DNA of 64,000 bases from positions 1-64,000 of the forward strand of contig CACZYB010000001.1 in the NCBI GenBank assembly GCA_902785275.1. Direction: 5' to 3'. The position numbers and the translations under genes are program-made. Each line of letters begins with the position of its first letter. Position 1 is the stretch's first letter. The notes beneath the pieces are model-generated. The model was not told the origin of the DNA. It made no database searches and saw nothing but the letters and a program-made list of their open reading frames with translations. Positions 57,386 through 64,000 of this stretch are shown in pieces. Source of the stretch: an uncultured Pseudomonadota bacterium. GTDB lineage: Bacteria; Pseudomonadota; Alphaproteobacteria; Rs-D84; CACZYB01.

Positions 57386-58813
57386 TTAATAGCTTGATTT
57401 ATATTCATTTATTTTGGTTCTAATATTAGTATTTCCGTTATCAAAACTACTCAACAAACTCCAAATTTGTTTACCTGATGTACCTTTTATATCATATACA
57501 GTAATAGTAGGTGCGGAATTTACAGTATGTCTTATTTTTCCAGACTTAAGATCGAACTTTCCAGCACTCACATAGTTACTATTGATATTAAGAATTTTTG
57601 CATTCATATTTTGAACTTCAATATTCGGAGCTTCCACCTTAAACCTTGATTTTGAAGTTTTTTCTTCAACAAAATTCATTGAACCTTCCGGATGTTCCAA
57701 ACCATAAATATTAAGTTTATTCATGTCATCAGAAATTAAATTTGTAAACTCTAAATTCTGTAAATCAATTTGATTAAAAGATGTTAATCCAGCCACCTTA
57801 ATTTGAGGTTTATAATTACCCAAACTTAAAACCAATAACAATGCATTATCTGCAACAAAATTTCCAAGTACCGTTACCTCTTTGAATATTATTTCTGGAA
57901 CAAGAAGTTTTGCAGATGTAAAATTCCACGAATGGTCGGCAACCTGCTTAAAATAAATGGAACCTTTCACTTCAATCTCTCCTGCCACAGAACCCTTCTT
58001 TGCCTTCATCAAAGGTAAATAATTAACACTTGTTGAACCTTCTGTTGTTTGAGCCAATCCAGCCACAGTCCTTACATTTAAATCTTTAACATTTTTTACA
58101 TCATGTAACTGTGCCACAGGTTTACCATCATCCCCCAAAAACAAATCACGTCCCATTTCATTAAGTCCGGCACCACTTTTATTTCTGTAAAGATATATCG
58201 ACGATTCGAATTCCTTTTCCAACAATGAATCATCAATACGAACAACAGCCAATCTTTTACCATCCGAAGGTGAAGATCCATCCTTTGCAACTTCTGAATA
58301 ATTCACACCCCAATTTCCGTTAATCGAACACGCACAGTAAGATGATGAACAATCACCACACTTTTCTCCAGTTACAACATAACCAATATTATTTTCTGCA
58401 TAAAGTAAAGTTTTATTAAATGAAATAGCATCCAACTTAAACGGGGTCATATCAACCACACCGTAAAGAACGATACTATCATCATCACCCTTAACATACT
58501 TTAATGAAAGATTATTTAATAAATTTTCATCAACAACAGTTTCCAATCCATACTTTGATAAATCAGTAAGTTTTACTTCACCCGATGCACCTGTCCAATT
58601 ATCTCGTTCCGAAGAAGTATAGGCAGTCAAAGCCTTAACAAGTTCTTTTAATTGTTTTGCAAGGTTTAAATACCTAACATCTGCTAAATCTTTGAATGCA
58701 AATTTAATAACAACCGGAGCAAGCACCGCCATAATTCCCAAAACGAAAATTATTTCCATAAGCGAAGCACCGACAACATCTTTTAAATAATATTTTACTT
58801 TTCTTTTAACCAT
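57386..58813 (-). CDS. Shufflon-PilV-like type IV prepilin adhesin (paralog 2)
   Basis: Class III signal KDVVG|ASLMEIIFVLGI, GNWG, YLYR......NEMGRDLFLG. Confidence 0.7.
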   Translation of the reverse strand: MVKRKVKYYLKDVVGASLMEIIFVLGIMAVLAPVVIKFAFKDLADVRYLNLAKQLKELVKALTAYTSSERDNWTGASGEVKLTDLSKYGLETVVDENLLNNLSLKYVKGDDDSIVLYGVVDMTPFKLDAISFNKTLLYAENNIGYVVTGEKCGDCSSSYCACSINGNWGVNYSEVAKDGSSPSDGKRLAVVRIDDSLLEKEFESSIYLYRNKSGAGLNEMGRDLFLGDDGKPVAQLHDVKNVKDLNVRTVAGLAQTTEGSTSVNYLPLMKAKKGSVAGEIEVKGSIYFKQVADHSWNFTSAKLLVPEIIFKEVTVLGNFVADNALLLVLSLGNYKPQIKVAGLTSFNQIDLQNLEFTNLISDDMNKLNIYGLEHPEGSMNFVEEKTSKSRFKVEAPNIEVQNMNAKILNINSNYVSAGKFDLKSGKIRHTVNSAPTITVYDIKGTSGKQIWSLLSSFDNGNTNIRTKINEYKSSY

Positions 58814-58815
58814 TT

Positions 58816-60258
58816 TTATCCATTCTTTTTTGCATCTTCTTTTGCTTGTGCGGCCTCAATATAATCAGCGACATTAGCCATCAATTCATTGTAAATTTTT
58901 ACAATTCTTCCTGACAAACAATTTGGATTCGGTTTATTAACATCATTATTAATATATGTACCATGAGTAGCAGTACCAAAACAAATATCATTTACTTCTG
59001 AAACACCGGCTAAATTCAAAATAAGCGCATCACCACCTTCAGAAGTACTATATGTAACATCTCCAGTAGAAGCATCCTTTGTATAAGAACCAACATAAAT
59101 GAAACTGTCTTCAATTTTATCAGACGTAACCAAAGGTGGATCCAAAACAATAGTTGAAATATTATCTGTTAAATTTCCATTTTCTGAAGAGAAAATATTC
59201 GCAGTAATACTATTTATAATCATATTATTATTCCAACCATTATTCACCTTAACGTCACCACGAACATAAAAGTTTTTTGCTGATAAATCTTTTGTTTCCA
59301 ATTCACCATCTTCGATATAAACTTTTTTTAAATTTGCATCATCCACAGTCAAATCTTCAACTTCTACTCTATGACTTGATTCTTCAATCGCACCATCAAT
59401 AGTTTTTGCAGGAAATTCATTACCACTTATACCATCAATATTTTGATATTCAAAATTTCCATTAACAGTAGATGGAGATTTAAACTCTAAATCAGAAACA
59501 GATAAATCGTTCACATAAGCATTTGAACCTTCCAATGCAGTAGCATAGAAATTTTTCACATTACCAATACTGTTTCCCCCCATATCCAAATCAACAATCA
59601 TAGTATTAACCAAAGACGCCCTTTCCGAAGATCCAGGCATAGGTGCAATATGCAAATAATCCGATGTAAAGAAAGCATCACTAACATACATAAATAACAA
59701 ACCACCACCAGAACTTCCCAATGGTGCACTAACTTTTGTCTTAAGAAAATTAGTCAAATCATTCGATAATTTTAAATCACTTAAAATAACACCTTCATCA
59801 TCCATAACGGCCCCCTTATCAAACAAGAACTGACCAATACCATTAAGTGTTAATTTATCCAAACCACCATCATACGCATAAACAACAGCTTCTATCTGTT
59901 CACCATGTCTTATAGTAATCAAAGCATATCTTTGACCAAATCCATTTGTAGTAGGCACAGAAGCACTTCCCATATAATCACGAAGAAGATTTTTTAAACT
60001 ATCACCCTCCCATGTACTTGTTCCCTCAGGAACTGCACCAACTCTATCCTTTTCAAAAACGACGAATGAAGAAGCCGCCTTTTGCCATGACTCCAAATGA
60101 TTAACAACTTCTTCTCTTTTAACTTCTTCATTATACTTTTTTATTTGTGTAAAAATCATAGGTGACATAATAACCATAAGTCCAAGTCCCAAAAGAACCT
60201 GAAGCATAACCGCACCACCAGAAACTTTTTTAAAACATTTTTTTGATAAAATTCTCAT
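58816..60258 (-). CDS. Shufflon-PilV-like type IV prepilin adhesin (paralog 1)
   Basis: Class III-like signal KKVSGG|AVMLQVLLGLG (Q at +5), TNGFGQRY, EAVVY..GG, YLH...PG......NTMIVDLDMGGNSIGNV. Confidence 0.7.
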   Translation of the reverse strand: MRILSKKCFKKVSGGAVMLQVLLGLGLMVIMSPMIFTQIKKYNEEVKREEVVNHLESWQKAASSFVVFEKDRVGAVPEGTSTWEGDSLKNLLRDYMGSASVPTTNGFGQRYALITIRHGEQIEAVVYAYDGGLDKLTLNGIGQFLFDKGAVMDDEGVILSDLKLSNDLTNFLKTKVSAPLGSSGGGLLFMYVSDAFFTSDYLHIAPMPGSSERASLVNTMIVDLDMGGNSIGNVKNFYATALEGSNAYVNDLSVSDLEFKSPSTVNGNFEYQNIDGISGNEFPAKTIDGAIEESSHRVEVEDLTVDDANLKKVYIEDGELETKDLSAKNFYVRGDVKVNNGWNNNMIINSITANIFSSENGNLTDNISTIVLDPPLVTSDKIEDSFIYVGSYTKDASTGDVTYSTSEGGDALILNLAGVSEVNDICFGTATHGTYINNDVNKPNPNCLSGRIVKIYNELMANVADYIEAAQAKEDAKKNG

Positions 60259-60370
60259 TTTTCCCTCACAAAAAAATAATACACTAAAAAAGACTAAAAG
60301 AAAAGAAAAACTTTATATAGAAAATATCTTTTTTATAATGTATAATGATTTTAAATAGGAAGGAATAAAA

Positions 60371-60931
60371 ATGGAAAACAAAATAAATTACTTAAATAAT
60401 ATAAACAGCATTAAATTGTATAAAATAATAACCATATTATCCATTGCAATAATATTGCTTATTCTATCGTATATTCCTATATACAGGGCAAACACTATAA
60501 AGGCTGCTCTTTACAAGGCTAGATATAGCCAAATACAATATCTTAATACAAAAAGCAGTATCATTCCCGAAGCAATAAATATGATTAAGGGTATAATCAT
60601 ACATAATGAAAAGGCATTAAAAGATATCGTTTACATAAATGTTCTTACAAAAACAAAAAGCAATAATATAAAAGATATCTATGCCAACCAGATAAAGATG
60701 TTTTCTATTACAAAAAATTTAATTGATACAGCAAACAAAAACCAGTTGCTTAGCAATAAAGAAAATTTCAAAAATCTTAAAGCCAGATTCGATGAAATTT
60801 ACTCCACCACTAAAAAACAACTGGAACTTTGTAAAATCAGAACTGATCATCTTCAACGATATATCAATCTTCCAGTATACAAAGATTTAATCGATACAAC
60901 AAATCTTAACGAAATAATTTGTATTGATTAA
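60371..60931 (+). CDS. Divergent LemA-like membrane protein
   Basis: N-terminal TM, then ARYSQI......S.IIP....IKG...H..K.L..I, L...ENF.NL, I..P. Aligns by eye with the LemA consensus. Confidence 0.5.
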   Translation: MENKINYLNNINSIKLYKIITILSIAIILLILSYIPIYRANTIKAALYKARYSQIQYLNTKSSIIPEAINMIKGIIIHNEKALKDIVYINVLTKTKSNNIKDIYANQIKMFSITKNLIDTANKNQLLSNKENFKNLKARFDEIYSTTKKQLELCKIRTDHLQRYINLPVYKDLIDTTNLNEIICID

Positions 60932-61386
60932 AGCATAGTGCAAAGGAATCTTGAAAGAAGATCACGTTTTTCTTGAGTCTTTAATTTCCAATACTTATTT
61001 ACAAGATCTAATGTTTCATTTGAAGTCATAGGATCAAATTTAACAACTTCTTCTGAAACACGACCAATACTCTTTTCAAACTTTTTATAATTAGGTATTT
61101 CAGCTTCAAGTCCTGTAAAGAAGAAATTAATATCAACACCCAAAACTTTTGCAAAAACGAACAAACGACTTGAACTTATTTTTGTATCACCAGTTTCATA
61201 TTTTTGAATTTGTTGAAATGTAACACCAATAATTGCAGCCAACTCATCCTGACTCATTTGTAACATAAGTCTGCGTAATCTTAGTCTTTTTCCAATGTAT
61301 GCATCAAGCAAACCACTAGATGTCATTTCTTTTACTTCTTTATTTTCCATTGACATAACATCCTCTCTTTTTATATCATTAGACAT
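60928..61386 (-). CDS. XRE-family HTH transcriptional regulator (alphaproteobacterial type)
   Basis: D.YIGKRLRLRR....MSQ.ELA..IGVTFQQIQKYE.G...IS.SRL...A.VL.V...FFF.GL. Confidence 0.92.
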   Translation of the reverse strand: MSNDIKREDVMSMENKEVKEMTSSGLLDAYIGKRLRLRRLMLQMSQDELAAIIGVTFQQIQKYETGDTKISSSRLFVFAKVLGVDINFFFTGLEAEIPNYKKFEKSIGRVSEEVVKFDPMTSNETLDLVNKYWKLKTQEKRDLLSRFLCTML

Positions 61387-61558
61387 AGCTGCCTCCTCTT
61401 GGCTTGTTATTATTTTTATTTGTTATAAGGAAATATTCCCTAAGAAATATGTCCTACGTAAAACAATATAACACAGAAATAAAAAAATCAACTAAAAAGA
61501 GAAAAATTTTTAAAGAGATAATAAAATAAGAAAATTACAAACAAAAAAGAGAGGAAAT

Positions 61559-61915
61559 ATGACATACAGTAAAGAAAATATATTCTACAAAATTATACAT
61601 AAAGAAGCTCCTTCAACAACTATTTTTGAAAATGACAATGCATTGGTTATAAAAAATTTGTATCCAAAGGCTCCTTGCCACCTTCTTGTTATGCCAAAAG
61701 GAGAATATGAATCATACACACAATTTGGTAAAAATGCATCAATACAAGAAAAAATCGACCTTATGGATGCAATAAATTTTGTAATAAATGAATACAAGCT
61801 CGCCGATTCGGGCTATCGTCTTGTTGCAAACACAGGTGACTTTGGCGGTCAATCTGTACCTCATTTTCATATACACGTTTTGGGCGGTGAAAAACTCCAA
61901 GACTTTGGTTTATAA
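61559..61915 (+). CDS. hinT: HIT family nucleotide-binding protein
   Basis: NIF.KII, P.AP.HLLV.PK, GYR.V.N.G..GGQ.VPHFHIHVLGG. Confidence 0.92.
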   Translation: MTYSKENIFYKIIHKEAPSTTIFENDNALVIKNLYPKAPCHLLVMPKGEYESYTQFGKNASIQEKIDLMDAINFVINEYKLADSGYRLVANTGDFGGQSVPHFHIHVLGGEKLQDFGL

Positions 61916-61928
61916 TAATCAATAAAAC

Positions 61929-61967
61929 AAAGGCTGTACCAAACAATTCGCAAACGGTACAGCCTTT
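61929..61967. terminator. Bidirectional terminator
   Basis: Perfect 12-bp stem AAAGGCTGTACC/GGTACAGCCTTT between convergent genes. Confidence 0.8.
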
Positions 61968-61992
61968 AAATGCTTACTAAATTATAAATATA

Positions 61993-62529
61993 TCAAACAA
62001 ACTTTTTCCTTCTAAGAAATACATAAAACGCACCATCCCCACCATCAGAAATATTTGCAAAGTTCACATACAAAATTTTATCTCTAACCGATTCGTTATT
62101 AAGCCAAAGTGGGAAATTTTTTCTTATAATACCAGTATTTTTTTCAGGATTTCCCTTTCCCGTAACAATTAACAAATTTCTGTTTTCCAATTCGTAATTA
62201 TTATTTACAAATGACACAAAAGTATTAAAAGCTTTTTCCAAAGTTTTTCCATGCAAATCTAATCTTGCATCAACAGAAAAATTTCCCTTTTTAATATTCT
62301 TAATAATACTTTTATCAACACGCGAAATATCACCCAATGATAAATCAGATTCGATAATATGCCTGCGTTTCAAAACTTTTATATCTTCAGGCGACACAAA
62401 AGAAACACTTATATCATCCATCGCATTCTTTTTTTGTGTAATAGGCTTTATTTCCATACCAAACCTTCCCCCTTTCTTTTTTAAGGGAACAACAGTATCA
62501 ATAATTTCCTTCCACAAATTTTTATCCAT
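61993..62529 (-). CDS. Smr/MutS2 domain protein
   Basis: DARLDLHGKT...A, LLIVTGKG, G.....P.WL, GG.GAFYV.LRR. Likely start at MDKNLW, 62529. Confidence 0.9.
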   Translation of the reverse strand: MDKNLWKEIIDTVVPLKKKGGRFGMEIKPITQKKNAMDDISVSFVSPEDIKVLKRRHIIESDLSLGDISRVDKSIIKNIKKGNFSVDARLDLHGKTLEKAFNTFVSFVNNNYELENRNLLIVTGKGNPEKNTGIIRKNFPLWLNNESVRDKILYVNFANISDGGDGAFYVFLRRKKFV

Positions 62530-62544
62530 AACTTTTTCCTTTAT

Positions 62545-62573
62545 AAAAAGGGAGGTTTTAAAATTCCTCCCTT
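62545..62573 (-). terminator. Terminator after tRNA-Thr
   Basis: Minus strand AAGGGAGG-loop-CCTCCCTT-TTT. Confidence 0.7.
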
Positions 62574-62581
62574 CCAAAAGT

Positions 62582-62657
62582 TGGTGCCATCTGCGGGATT
62601 CAAACCCACGGCTTCCAAATTACGAATTTGGCACTCTATCACCTGAGTTAAGATGGC
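62582..62657 (-). tRNA. tRNA-Thr(CGT)
   Basis: Reverse complement GCCATCT-TA-ACTC-AGGTGATA-GAGT-G-CCAAA-TTCGTAA-TTTGG-AAGCC-GTGGG-TTTGAAT-CCCGC-AGATGGC-ACCA. Confidence 0.9.
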
Positions 62658-62673
62658 CAAATATCAAAAAGAA

Positions 62674-63117
62674 TTAATCAAGTGCAGTTTTTGGTTTTGC
62701 ACCATCAATATTTTTAAGAGTACCTTTCAATACACCACCTTTTTCAACTACTAAATTTGCATAGTTGATTTTTCCTTTTATAACACCAGTTTCATAAACA
62801 TAAAGTATACCAGTAACAGTAAGTTCACCATCGAAAAGACCACTGATGTGTGCTTCTTCAACTTCTGCATTACCAGTAAAGCTTCCACCATAAACGATAT
62901 CCAAATATTTTGCACCACTAAGATTTGCTTCCAATGTACCTTCTACAACCAAGCTTTCACAAACATCAATCGCACCAGTAAGTTTAATATTTTTACCAAC
63001 GATAAGTTGTTTACCATCAGCCTTTGGCATAACAGTATGTCCCTTTGAAACACCATTTGAATATGATGATTTTGTCTTTGTTAAATTATCAAGAAGTTCC
63101 TTTTTATTTATTTCCAT
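62674..63117 (-). CDS. Bactofilin (polymer-forming cytoskeletal protein)
   Basis: LIVG.NI.L.G.I..C..L.VEG..EA...G.F.G.A.V..A.I.G.FDG.LTV...L.V...G.I.G.I.Y..L.VE.GG...G. Confidence 0.9.
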   Translation of the reverse strand: MEINKKELLDNLTKTKSSYSNGVSKGHTVMPKADGKQLIVGKNIKLTGAIDVCESLVVEGTLEANLSGAKYLDIVYGGSFTGNAEVEEAHISGLFDGELTVTGILYVYETGVIKGKINYANLVVEKGGVLKGTLKNIDGAKPKTALD

Positions 63118-63290
63118 TTTTTTCTCCTAAGTTTGAACTATATGAAATAACTATAACTAAAAATTTTTGCAAAAGCAATTAAACAATAAAAAAAAGTTAA
63201 AAATATTAAAAAAAACTCTAGATTTTCAAAATTTATGTGCTAATATGACCCTGTGAGATAAAAATTTAACTTAAATAAGGAGAGGTAAAA

Positions 63291-63797
63291 ATGACATCTA
63301 AACACGATTATATTCAAGAAGCTGCTTACTTCATTTGGCTTAACCGCGGTAAACCAGAAGGACAAGATTTGGAAATCTGGGACGAAGCAACAAAAATCTA
63401 TGAACTTACACAAGAAGTTTTAAAACCAGTTGCAAAAAAATCTGCACCTGCTGCTACAAAAAAAGCTGTTGCTAAAAAATCAGCAAAAAAAGCTCCTGCT
63501 AAAAAAGTAGCTGCAAAGAAACCTGTTACTAAAAAGGTTGCTCCTGCAAAAGCTGTTGCACCAAAGACAGTTGCTCCTAAAAAAGAAGAAAAAAAAGTAG
63601 CTGTTAAAAAAGCAATCGTTAAAAAAGCTGTTGCAAAAAAAACTGCTCCTAAAAAGGAAGTAAAAGTTGCTGCAAAACCTGTTGAAAAAAAGGTTGAAGT
63701 TGCAAAAATCATTCCTATGGTAAGAAAAGAAGCATCTGCTAAAAAAGCTCCTGCTCCTAAAACAAAAATCAAAATTGTTGTTGGAAGAAAGAAATAG
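63291..63797 (+). CDS. DUF2934 domain fused to a histone H1-like Lys/Ala/Pro-rich tail
   Basis: I.E.AY.IW..RG.PEG.D.E.W.EA, then repeated AKKAPAKK/KKAVAKK units. Confidence 0.85.
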   Translation: MTSKHDYIQEAAYFIWLNRGKPEGQDLEIWDEATKIYELTQEVLKPVAKKSAPAATKKAVAKKSAKKAPAKKVAAKKPVTKKVAPAKAVAPKTVAPKKEEKKVAVKKAIVKKAVAKKTAPKKEVKVAAKPVEKKVEVAKIIPMVRKEASAKKAPAPKTKIKIVVGRKK

Positions 63798-63830
63798 TTC
63801 TTCGACACAAATCTTTATTTAAAGTTAACA

Positions 63831-63866
63831 AAAAAAATACAGGTTTGAAAAAATCTGTATTTTTTT
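63831..63866 (+). terminator. Intrinsic terminator
   Basis: AAAAAAATACAGGTTT-GAAA-AAATCTGTATTTTTTT. Confidence 0.75.
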
Positions 63867-63928
63867 ATTTTTTCGCTTTACCCCATAGATTATTTATGCT
63901 ATAATACTCAAAGTAAAAGAGGGAAAAA

Positions 63929-64000
63929 GTGCAAACAAAAAAACATAATTTAGGTTTAAATTTGCTATTAGTCGCAGTAATATGCGGTTCTTTTGTTGTT
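63929..64000 (+). CDS. 5' start of an exported or membrane protein, truncated by the window end
   Basis: GAGGG SD, GTG start, MQTKKHNLGLNLLLVAVICGSFVV open to the edge. Confidence 0.5.
   Translation, partial: MQTKKHNLGLNLLLVAVICGSFVV

Noticed and set aside
55846-60258. Active shufflon or diversity-generating retroelement
   Set aside because: No Rci-like recombinase, reverse transcriptase, sfx-like repeats or inverted partial cassettes seen; all three genes are full length and co-oriented.
63400-63780. Repetitive DNA resembling a tandem repeat or CRISPR array
   Set aside because: The repeats are in-frame Lys/Ala/Pro codons of the H1-like tail; no repeat-spacer structure and no cas genes in the window.

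Overview
AT-rich chromosomal window, roughly 30% GC by eye, from a genome-reduced alphaproteobacterium. Lineage markers are CcrM, the zinc-ribbon/DUF3426-ftsE-ftsX-YdcF-plsC block, bactofilin and a GAAC-N7-GAAC LexA box. It is plausibly an uncultured host-associated or gut lineage; that is inference. Most of the window is housekeeping: waaA, ftsK, lolA, gyrA, tatABC, galE, dnaQ, ndk, xseB, recF, ddl, alaS, frameshifted prfB, metG, hemW, rdgB, dnaB, radA, mlaEF, rluD, four tRNAs and a short ferredoxin missed by the ORF track. Four accessory signals stand out. (1) A scattered, Rickettsiales-like type IVA secretion system: VirD4, a VirB7-like lipoprotein with two VirB8-like genes, and a VirB2-like pilin. 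(2) Just behind the virB7/B8/B8 genes, a very AT-rich islet at tRNA-Lys with three exported orphan proteins. One is preceded by a decayed GH24-lysozyme C-terminus, a likely orphan immunity array pointing to interbacterial killing. (3) Three tandem full-length shufflon-PilV-like prepilin adhesins with no recombinase. (4) A two-gene operon with an SOS box, including a permuted papain-like protein, divergent from a peptidase-less HTH repressor. All calls are from motif recognition only; no searches were run.
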